The notes beneath the pieces were generated by a model. It ran no database searches, was not told where the DNA came from, and saw nothing but the letters and a program-made list of their open reading frames with translations. A DNA stretch of 55,313 bases, taken from a virus (taxonomy: Duplodnaviria; Caudoviricetes). A program made the position numbers and the translations under genes. This document shows positions 17,654 through 25,454 of the stretch, one piece after another. The stretch is from the IMG/VR virus record IMGVR_UViG_3300047564_001761, positions 1 to 55,313 of that record. One strand, given 5' to 3'. The number at the start of each line of letters is the position of its first letter. Positions within the stretch are counted from its first letter, which is position 1.

Positions 17654-17869
17654 TTACTCACACTGTCCGCATGGACACTGTGGGAACTCTCGTTCCTGCT
17701 TGATACGATTAGCAAGAGCGATAACCTTGTTATAGGTATCGGCGGAGGCGCCTCTAAAAGAGACCACCTCTCCATTTGCTACCATTTGAGCAGCGAGAGT
17801 AATTCTAGCGTTAAGGTCAAGGTGACCGAACTTAGAGTGGTTAATTTTGTTTTTATCTAGTGTAGTCAT
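17654..17869 (-). CDS. hypothetical protein
   Basis: ORF track; GAGGT RBS; own promoter. Confidence 0.7.
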   Translation of the reverse strand: MTTLDKNKINHSKFGHLDLNARITLAAQMVANGEVVSFRGASADTYNKVIALANRIKQEREFPQCPCGQCE

Positions 17870-17975
17870 TTGGTGACCACCTTTCTTTAGTTTAGTTTAT
17901 TTTTATTTCTATTAAATTGTTATGGCTTAAGCCTAGCAGACCAAAGGCGGAAAGTCAAGCCTATTTAGTGTGAGG

Positions 17976-18152
17976 TTAATCACACTGGCTAGGGGACTTA
18001 GAGTAAGAGTAAGCCATAGCCTCTCTATCGAACCATGCGAACATCTGTTCGGTTTTATGAGACTTGTCTACTTTACAGAACATGTCCCAAGAGTCGCCTG
18101 TCCAATTACAGGACTGGCACTTACTAACTTGATGTGATAAAACTTTTGTCAT
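17976..18152 (-). CDS. small Cys-containing hypothetical protein (58 aa)
   Basis: manual translation MTKVLSHQVSKCQSC...; GAAAGG RBS. Confidence 0.6.
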   Translation of the reverse strand: MTKVLSHQVSKCQSCNWTGDSWDMFCKVDKSHKTEQMFAWFDREAMAYSYSKSPSQCD

Positions 18153-18374
18153 TTTGACCTTTCTAGTTTAGAGACCTTCTCTAACTTTCTAATAGTGTAA
18201 CTATAACACCCCCCACTGACATTTTCAACTTGAAAAACGGGTAAATCGGACATTATTTTTGTGATTTACACCACATGGATCTATGGGCGCACTATTTGTC
18301 CGAATTATACTAAAAAAAGTATGCATCATACAAGAAAAATATATATTCACATTTTTATAAATCTAATATTCTAG

Positions 18375-18404
18375 TTGACTAAAAATATAGGGCGGTGATA
18401 TAAT
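18375..18404 (+). promoter_or_regulatory. SigA-type promoter (extended -10), leaderless
   Basis: TTGACT-N18-TATAAT with TGn, 6 nt to ATG at 18411. Confidence 0.75.
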
Positions 18405-18410
18405 CAGATC

Positions 18411-18488
18411 ATGAGAACAATAATTGCCATAACCATAGTCACTATAATGACCTTTATACTTGGCATATGCTATCAGATATTTTCCTAA
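18411..18488 (+). CDS. 25-aa hydrophobic peptide
   Basis: MRTIIAITIVTIMTFILGICYQIFS directly after promoter. Confidence 0.45.
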   Translation: MRTIIAITIVTIMTFILGICYQIFS

Positions 18489-18495
18489 TCTCTTT

Positions 18496-18570
18496 GGGGA
18501 TATAGCTTAATCTGGTTAAAGCAATTGTCTTATATACAATCGAGTTTGGGTTCAAATCCCAATATCCCTA
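18496..18570 (+). tRNA. tRNA-Ile(TAT)
   Basis: acceptor GGGGATA/TATCCCT-A; anticodon arm ATTGT-CTTATAT-ACAAT; T arm TTGGG-TTCAAAT-CCCAA. Confidence 0.9.
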
Positions 18571-18643
18571 CAAAAAAATTTTATTAACATTTTTGAATAT
18601 CTAATATTCTAGTTGACTAGAATTTATGTGATACAATTATTTT

Positions 18644-19192
18644 ATGATACAACAATTACAATCTAGAGAAATAAAAACGGCGGTATTAAAAGGTTTAATG
18701 GAAGAATCCAGAATAAACCGAAAGCCATTTGTCATAAGAGATTTCTATAAGCCTATGTTTGGATGGGATTTCGGAATCGACTTGCTCAATAAATGCATGT
18801 TAAATTCTGAACCAAATATCAGCATGATCAAAACTGGTGATTACTACTTCATCTTGCAACCAAGTGAAAAGTATAACGATATCTACTCTGATTACTATGA
18901 TCTGATTAATACAGCTCATCCAGATGGAGTAATATCTATTCCAGTAATACTGGTGAGTATATTTAATAACATCCCAAATCTTACTGAGCATGCAGATCCA
19001 TTAGATCAGATGCATCTAGCTATAGTTGGAAGCAGTAATTGGAAAATTACATTAGACGACGGTGAGATAGAAAGATTTACTCTAAACCCAGGAGACTTTA
19101 TCTTTATGCCTATAGGTATTAAACATGAGGTTAACTCAGAAACTCCTAGAATGGGAATTACTTTTTCATCTAATAATATTCTAGTTGACTAG
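18644..19192 (+). CDS. JmjC/cupin-fold 2OG-Fe(II) oxygenase-like protein
   Basis: HAD...GSSNWKI...LNPGDFIFMPIGIKHEV; leaderless TACAAT-N6-ATG. Confidence 0.8.
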   Translation: MIQQLQSREIKTAVLKGLMEESRINRKPFVIRDFYKPMFGWDFGIDLLNKCMLNSEPNISMIKTGDYYFILQPSEKYNDIYSDYYDLINTAHPDGVISIPVILVSIFNNIPNLTEHADPLDQMHLAIVGSSNWKITLDDGEIERFTLNPGDFIFMPIGIKHEVNSETPRMGITFSSNNILVD

Positions 19193-19301
19193 GATTTATG
19201 TTACTTATCAGTACGATGTTCTTTAGATTTATGATTATTTAATGTGAAGTATGCAAAGGCAGATCGAACTTCGATTTCTTTCTTGCATATCTCACAGATA
19301 A

Positions 19302-19490
19302 CTACTCTTGATGCATTTGCCATGTCTTATCTGCACATTTCTTACATAGTGGTTTTAATATGTGATCTGACTTTTCTATTGGTAAAAATTCGGCGGAGAT
19401 AAAGAGCTTTAGCTCTTTCTTGCATAGAGTACATGACTTGTACTTTTGCTCTATATACTTTCTATAGACTGCTCTATACTGAACTGACAT
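19302..19490 (-). CDS. small Zn-finger hypothetical protein
   Basis: CTLC...CKKC. Confidence 0.55.
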   Translation of the reverse strand: MSVQYRAVYRKYIEQKYKSCTLCKKELKLFISAEFLPIEKSDHILKPLCKKCADKTWQMHQE

Positions 19491-19831
19491 AGTATCCCTA
19501 ATTCCGCCTTAAAAATGCCTATGAGCCTCTTTCGGCTCACTTTTGATGTCTTCCCATCGACCTGGCCTTAAAACGGCTTACAGGGCCTTTAAAAAGACGA
19601 GAACCCTCGGATCTGCGGTAATCCAAGGGCCTCTAATGTAAGGGAGCATGGTGGATGCTCAACCAAACACTTCTATAAGAATACTATAACTCATTTTCTA
19701 AGTCAACTTCTTCGTCGACTGAAAATAAGTCCTCTTCTAGAACATCTGATAAAGTCTTGGCAGCATAGATAGCAAAACCTACTGCTGCAAAGCCAGATAG
19801 TGTTGCTATGCCTGCTGCTAGATATGCCATT

Positions 19832-20044
19832 TTACCCCTCATCGATTACTTCTTCAATTAGCGCTGGATCTGGTCCAAGTAGCTTACCGTCCTTATGGGA
19901 TTCAATGAGCTGTAACAGTTCCTCGCCTTTTCCGACCCCATCTGCAATTAGGCAGAGAACGTCGTAAATGCGAGACATCAGGATATAATTGACCATACCC
20001 AGATTATCATCAATATTTTGTGCTTCTACTTTCGGATCACTCAT
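19832..20044 (-). CDS. hypothetical protein
   Basis: ORF track; overlaps thyX stop; GAGG RBS. Confidence 0.7.
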   Translation of the reverse strand: MSDPKVEAQNIDDNLGMVNYILMSRIYDVLCLIADGVGKGEELLQLIESHKDGKLLGPDPALIEEVIDEG

Positions 20045-20732
20045 TAGTATATACCTCGTATGTTAGTGGAAATTTTTCTTTTACCAATTCTCGTACTGCT
20101 TTAGCGTATTCTTGAATTTCTACCTGTGCATCATGTGGAAGACGCTGATCAAGGAATGTTAGAACACCTTGTAGAGATACCGTCCATCTCCAGCGTACAT
20201 ACATGGAGTATGCAGGTAACATAAGTCGAGCCATCTCTGGTGCGACGCCATCACTCAATGCTTCTTCGTATTTAGTCATAGCAAACTCAGATATCTGTCG
20301 TAGTGCCTGAGTATACTTAGCACCTATCATATCTGATACAGGCTCTCCTGAGCCCTGCTTAGAGTTTTCTGGAGCACTTCTCCACTCATTAGGCATAGGA
20401 ATGTAGAATACTTCATTCTCAGTAATATATCTACGAGAAGATTCATTCCAACCGTTCTGATCGTCAATATGAGATGAAGCAACAGCATACTTCCACCATT
20501 GACGAGCAACCATTAATGGAGCATATACTTCAAATGTCATCGCAGCATGACGAAATGGGCTAGTGTGGTTTTCTTTTAACAAAAAGCGAATGAGCTTCTG
20601 GTCACGCTCACTCAATTCTGTGCTTTCTTTATCGTATGAGACTCTAGCAGCATTAACTACTGATAAATCACTACCAAGTGTATCTACAAGTCTTACATAT
20701 CCAATATTATTAATTACGTTGATGTGGCTCAA
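20037..20732 (-). CDS. thyX: FAD-dependent thymidylate synthase ThyX
   Basis: VVNAARVSY, HTSPF, APLMVARQW, NESSRRY, PEMARLMLP, AQVEIQEYA. Confidence 0.93.
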   Translation of the reverse strand: MSHINVINNIGYVRLVDTLGSDLSVVNAARVSYDKESTELSERDQKLIRFLLKENHTSPFRHAAMTFEVYAPLMVARQWWKYAVASSHIDDQNGWNESSRRYITENEVFYIPMPNEWRSAPENSKQGSGEPVSDMIGAKYTQALRQISEFAMTKYEEALSDGVAPEMARLMLPAYSMYVRWRWTVSLQGVLTFLDQRLPHDAQVEIQEYAKAVRELVKEKFPLTYEVYTNE

Positions 20733-20922
20733 GTACCGCTCTTTTCATTCTGTCATATAAATTGTATCCAACATTAACTCTATGGTTACATGCTAGACAG
20801 TAAAGGTATACTGTATCATTATCTGTTAAATTTGGCAACATCTCATAAAGATCATAGGGACAGGTTATATCCCTGTCCCCATGAAAACGTCCTAAGAACT
20901 CCCGCACAATTCTAATGTCCAT
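20710..20922 (-). CDS. small Zn-ribbon hypothetical protein
   Basis: CP...CLAC; coupled to neighbours. Confidence 0.65.
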   Translation of the reverse strand: MDIRIVREFLGRFHGDRDITCPYDLYEMLPNLTDNDTVYLYCLACNHRVNVGYNLYDRMKRAVLEPHQRN

Positions 20923-21494
20923 TAATTACTTACTCTCTTCTCCTTGCATGGTTCTGGCTTAAAGCTTTTAGGATACTGAGCCATCCATGATTTTGTTCTA
21001 GGTGTTAAACCTTTCCAAGAAATCCAGTTGTCTCCACCCTGAGACATGTAAAACGCAGCTTCTGCATTTGTAACTGGATCGAGGAGGTCACGATTATAAG
21101 TTAATTCAAACTTATCTCTACGCTCTGGTCCTAAATTTCCAATCATATTGATTTGGAAAATACCATAAGAGCTATCTCCTGTTTTTGCATTTCCATTATA
21201 AGCAAGTGGCCTACCGTTCGACTCCTTCTTAGCAACGCTCCATGCTTCACGCAGATCTAATCCACGGAAGCCCACACAATAAAGCAGTTGGGCCAGGTCT
21301 TCATCTGAAAATTGCTTGTCCTGCTGACGGAAATCAGACAGGTATACGTATTTTGCATCATCTTGGACTTTTACGCTAGATAATGCTACAATGTTATCAG
21401 CAACTGCGGGTGAGTCAATGCTTGGGAACTGGCTAAATAAATAACCAACAAACACTAGCTTAGCGGCAGCTACTACTAAATTTTTAGTAAACAT
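20922..21494 (-). CDS. secreted lysozyme-like lytic transglycosylase (SLT-like)
   Basis: signal/TM N-terminus; AKKESNG catalytic Glu, TGDSSYGIFQIN, LLDPVTNAEAA, W..W. Confidence 0.8.
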   Translation of the reverse strand: MFTKNLVVAAAKLVFVGYLFSQFPSIDSPAVADNIVALSSVKVQDDAKYVYLSDFRQQDKQFSDEDLAQLLYCVGFRGLDLREAWSVAKKESNGRPLAYNGNAKTGDSSYGIFQINMIGNLGPERRDKFELTYNRDLLDPVTNAEAAFYMSQGGDNWISWKGLTPRTKSWMAQYPKSFKPEPCKEKRVSN

Positions 21495-21534
21495 GAATAC
21501 TATCTTAACCTATTATGAAAGGATTTGTCAAGTC

Positions 21535-22536
21535 GTGATTTTAAGTTTTAACACAAATCCAGGAAGTCTCAATATAAATACAGGTTATGGATATGCAGGG
21601 TATCATATGGTTACCTCTATGCAAGAGCTTGGACATAAAATTCCTTTTCGTTATCCAAAGTCTAAAGTTCAATTAAATTTTAGTCAACCACAATTTATTC
21701 AATTTAATAAAGGACAAAAACAGATTGCTTTTCATCCGTGGGAATCAACTCAATTAAAACAAGGGTGGCTAGAAACTTTAAAACAAGCAGACGATGTTTG
21801 GGCTCCGTCTCAATGGGTTGCAAACATTTACAAGGATCTTGGAATAGATGATGTTTATGTTTATCCTCATGGTGTAGAAAAATTATGGAAGCCAGTTAAA
21901 AGAAAAACTAATGGGCCACTAAGATTTTTACATGTTGGAGAACCAGCACCTCGAAAAGGTGGACAAATGGTCTTTGAAGCTTTTCTACAAGTTTTTGGAA
22001 ACGATCCAGATTATCAACTAACAATTAAAGCTCATCATTATAATACTATTAGATTATATAATAATTATAATAAATATAATAATATATATAATAAATATAA
22101 TATATCTAATATATATAATATTAATAATATATCAATTATAACAAATGATGTTTCTACAAGTCAACTTGCGGGTATATTTATGACACATCACTGTTTAGTT
22201 TATCCTTCCTACGGCGAAGGTTTTGGCTTCATTCCGCTTCAAGCCCTTGCAACTGGTATGCCAACAATTTGTACTGGAGAATGGGCAGAGTATAAAAAGT
22301 ATCTAGGTGAACTTGAACTCAAGAGTTCTTACATCCCTTCCCCTTGGCCAGACATGCATCCTGGATATATGCCAGAGCCAGACTTCGATCATTTATGCGA
22401 TTTGCTAAAAGATGTTGCAAATAGGTATAATACTCACTCTGAAGTTTTTTACAATCAAGCTGCGGAAGTTGCTCAAGCATTTGACTGGTTACAGTTGACC
22501 AATAATGCTATGAAGAGAATTGAAGAAAAATTTTAA
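21535..22536 (+). CDS. GT4-like (GT-B) glycosyltransferase
   Basis: WES, VWAPS, PHGV, PRKG, YPSYGEGFGFIPLQALATGMP; GTG at 21535 preferred over 21493. Confidence 0.88.
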   Translation: MILSFNTNPGSLNINTGYGYAGYHMVTSMQELGHKIPFRYPKSKVQLNFSQPQFIQFNKGQKQIAFHPWESTQLKQGWLETLKQADDVWAPSQWVANIYKDLGIDDVYVYPHGVEKLWKPVKRKTNGPLRFLHVGEPAPRKGGQMVFEAFLQVFGNDPDYQLTIKAHHYNTIRLYNNYNKYNNIYNKYNISNIYNINNISIITNDVSTSQLAGIFMTHHCLVYPSYGEGFGFIPLQALATGMPTICTGEWAEYKKYLGELELKSSYIPSPWPDMHPGYMPEPDFDHLCDLLKDVANRYNTHSEVFYNQAAEVAQAFDWLQLTNNAMKRIEEKF

Positions 22537-22625
22537 AAGTTTTTGGTCTTTAAAACCAGATTCATTATACTTGTATTTACTAACAGATTTTAAGCCCATG
22601 GATGGGCCAGGAGGAGTATTCGGAA

Positions 22626-24560
22626 ATGTCAGAAACAATTGATAACGCATATGAGAATTTCATTGCACTAAGCAGATATGCAAGATGGATCCCAGAACAT
22701 GGGAGAAGAGAAACTTGGGGAGAAACAGTTGATCGCTATGTCAACTATATGACCAAGCATCTTAAAGATAATTATAACTACGAGCCATCAGCAAGTCTTG
22801 TATTTGAAATTCGTGATTCTATTTTTAATAGAAACGTTATGCCATCAATGAGAGGTGTGATGACAGCTGGAGCAGCATTGGATAGAGATAATGTTGCTGG
22901 TTACAACTGCTCTTTCTTGCCTGTCGATTCACTACGTTCTTTTGACGAAGCAATGTATATCTTGATGTGCGGAACAGGTGTTGGTTTTTCTGTTGAATCA
23001 GTTTATGTAGATAAGCTTCCAGCCGTCAACGAGCACTTTGAAAAGTCTAGCACAGTAATTGTAGTTGAAGATTCAAAGGCTGGTTGGGCAAAGTCTCTCA
23101 GAGAGCTTCTTGCTTTGTTGTGGCAGGGTCAGATTCCAACATGGGATGTTTCTAATGTTCGTCCTGCAGGTGCAAGACTAAAGACTTTTGGTGGTCGTGC
23201 ATCAGGACCAGAACCACTTGTTAATCTTTTTGAGTTTTGTGTTACAACAGTAAAGCATGCAGCAGGTCGCAGACTAAGTTCTATTGAAGCACATGACATT
23301 ATGTGTAAGATTGGTGAGGTTGTTGTAGTTGGTGGAGTTCGACGTTCTGCTTTGATTTCACTTTCAGATCTTCGTGATAACGATATGGCAAAAGCAAAGG
23401 CTGGAGCATGGTGGGAAGCAACAGGTCATCGTGCACTTGCAAATAACTCAGTAGCATATACTGATCGTCCTTCAATGTCAGACTTTATTACAGAGTGGAA
23501 GAATCTTTATGACTCAAAGTCTGGAGAGCGTGGTATCTACAATATTAAGGCTGCACAAAAGCAGGCTGCAAAGTATGGACGTCGTGATGAAACAATTAGA
23601 TACGGAACAAATCCATGTTCAGAAATTATTCTTCGTCCTTATCAGTTCTGTAACCTTTCAGAAGTTATCGTAAGACCAGAAGACAACGAAGAAACACTAA
23701 AGAGAAAGGTTGAGCTTGCCACTATTCTTGGAACATGGCAATCAACACTTACAAACTTTAAGTATCTTCGCAAGATTTGGAAAGAGAATACTGAAGAAGA
23801 AAGACTGCTAGGAGTTTCAATCACTGGCCAGTTCGGACATGAAATGATGTCTGGAAAGCAGGGTCTTGATAAGCTTGAGCAAGTTCTAAATGATCTAAGA
23901 AAAACTGCAGTTATAACTAACTATGATGAAGCAGAAAGAATTGGAATTCAGCACTCAGCAGCTATTACCTGCGTTAAGCCATCTGGAACAGTATCACAGC
24001 TAACTGGAGTTTCTTCAGGAATGCACCCATGGCATAACGACTACTACATTCGTACAGTTCGTGGAGACAAGAAAGATCCTCTAACTCAGTTCCTAATGGA
24101 AGCTGGAGTTCCAGCTGAGGATGACTTTATGAATCCTACTCAAACTAAAGTATTCTCATTCCCAGTAAAGGCTCCAGAAGGAGCTATTTTAAGAAATGAT
24201 CTTACTGCTATTGAACACCTGAATACTTGGCTTGTTTATCAGAGAGCATGGTGTGAGCACAAGCCTTCTATCACCGTTTCAGTCAGAGATGAAGAATGGA
24301 TGGAAGTTGGGGCATGGGTTTGGGAGCACTTCGATGAAGTATCTGGAATCTCATTCTTGCCTTACTCAGATCATACATACAAGCAAGCACCATATCAAGA
24401 TGCTACTAAGGAAGAGTACGAAGAAGCTCTTTCAAAGATGCCAGAAAAGATTTACTGGGAAATGCTAACAATGTATGAAACAGAGGACGGAACTTCAGGA
24501 AGCCAGACCCTAGCCTGCTCTTCAGATGCAGGTTGCGAAGTAGTAGATATTGGCTCTTAA
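22626..24560 (+). CDS. nrdJ: class II (adenosylcobalamin-dependent) ribonucleotide reductase
   Basis: GYNC, GGVRRSA, TNPCSEI, TCVKPSGT, C-terminal CSSDAGC; no beta subunit adjacent; GGAG RBS before ATG 22626. Confidence 0.92.
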   Translation: MSETIDNAYENFIALSRYARWIPEHGRRETWGETVDRYVNYMTKHLKDNYNYEPSASLVFEIRDSIFNRNVMPSMRGVMTAGAALDRDNVAGYNCSFLPVDSLRSFDEAMYILMCGTGVGFSVESVYVDKLPAVNEHFEKSSTVIVVEDSKAGWAKSLRELLALLWQGQIPTWDVSNVRPAGARLKTFGGRASGPEPLVNLFEFCVTTVKHAAGRRLSSIEAHDIMCKIGEVVVVGGVRRSALISLSDLRDNDMAKAKAGAWWEATGHRALANNSVAYTDRPSMSDFITEWKNLYDSKSGERGIYNIKAAQKQAAKYGRRDETIRYGTNPCSEIILRPYQFCNLSEVIVRPEDNEETLKRKVELATILGTWQSTLTNFKYLRKIWKENTEEERLLGVSITGQFGHEMMSGKQGLDKLEQVLNDLRKTAVITNYDEAERIGIQHSAAITCVKPSGTVSQLTGVSSGMHPWHNDYYIRTVRGDKKDPLTQFLMEAGVPAEDDFMNPTQTKVFSFPVKAPEGAILRNDLTAIEHLNTWLVYQRAWCEHKPSITVSVRDEEWMEVGAWVWEHFDEVSGISFLPYSDHTYKQAPYQDATKEEYEEALSKMPEKIYWEMLTMYETEDGTSGSQTLACSSDAGCEVVDIGS

Positions 24561-24606
24561 TCCTAACTCATTCCATGATAAAATGATATTGTGTGAGGAG
24601 TAGCTA

Positions 24607-24957
24607 ATGCCATTTGTAACTAAAAATTTTTCAGTCGACCAAGGTGCAACATATACATTTGATGTTGTATGGAATGACTCTAATGGTCAGCCAATTAATT
24701 TGACTGGATATTCTGCTAAGATGCAGGTTAGAGATCAAGCTGGAGGTAAGCAGCTAGCATTTACTTTAACGCATGTAGACGGAATAGCTATAAATGGTCC
24801 ACTTGGTAAAATAACTGTTACCATTAGTGCAGAGAGAACAAATAAGCTAATTTACCCTAAGTCTTTTTATGATATTCTTCTTACCGCTCCAGACAGCATA
24901 ACCAAGACAAGAATTCTTGAAGGAACACTTACTCTATCAAGGGCTGTGACAGTTTAA
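24607..24957 (+). CDS. putative virion-associated protein
   Basis: DQGAT...INLTGYSAKMQVR...RILEG motif; first gene of fibre block. Confidence 0.7.
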   Translation: MPFVTKNFSVDQGATYTFDVVWNDSNGQPINLTGYSAKMQVRDQAGGKQLAFTLTHVDGIAINGPLGKITVTISAERTNKLIYPKSFYDILLTAPDSITKTRILEGTLTLSRAVTV

Positions 24958-25442
24958 TGGCTGAAACAATAATTGTTACCGAATTAAATCAATCAGTTCA
25001 GGTAGATGAAAACACTACAGTAATTCAAATAGCGACAACTGGTCCACAAGGACCCTCTGGAAGAACAATTCTTAATGGTTCTGGAAATCCTTCAGACTCC
25101 CTTGGAGCAGTTGGAGATTTTTATTACGATACCACAGGGTTTAAATTTTGGGGTCCAAAGATCCAGATAGATCCAGAGTCAACTACTGGAACATGGGCAG
25201 GATCAACAGTAATACCATTTAACGAGCCTGTCGCATTTGAGTACAGCTGGGGAACTGACGACCTAGTTTCTCATGCTGATGGATGGGCTATAACTATTCA
25301 GCACAACCTAGGATTTAAGCCCAATGTCACTGTAAAAGCAACTGGCGGAGACGTATTAGAGACTGGAGTGCAGTATAATAATCTTAGCAGTATTACGCTA
25401 ACTATGACACAAAAATTTAGTGGGACAGCGTATCTGTCTTAA
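24957..25442 (+). CDS. putative fibre-associated protein with short collagen motif
   Basis: GPQGPSG, G.P...G..GDFYYDT, HNLG. Confidence 0.7.
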   Translation: MAETIIVTELNQSVQVDENTTVIQIATTGPQGPSGRTILNGSGNPSDSLGAVGDFYYDTTGFKFWGPKIQIDPESTTGTWAGSTVIPFNEPVAFEYSWGTDDLVSHADGWAITIQHNLGFKPNVTVKATGGDVLETGVQYNNLSSITLTMTQKFSGTAYLS

Positions 25443-25454
25443 CGAGGAGTTGAA

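Noticed and set aside
4599-18300. Recurrent spacer repeats as a CRISPR array
   Set aside because: Repeats are degenerate, separated by up to kilobases of genes, and no cas genes are present
22626-24560. Intein or intron in RNR
   Set aside because: Length is normal for monomeric class II RNR, motifs are uninterrupted, and no intein signature was seen
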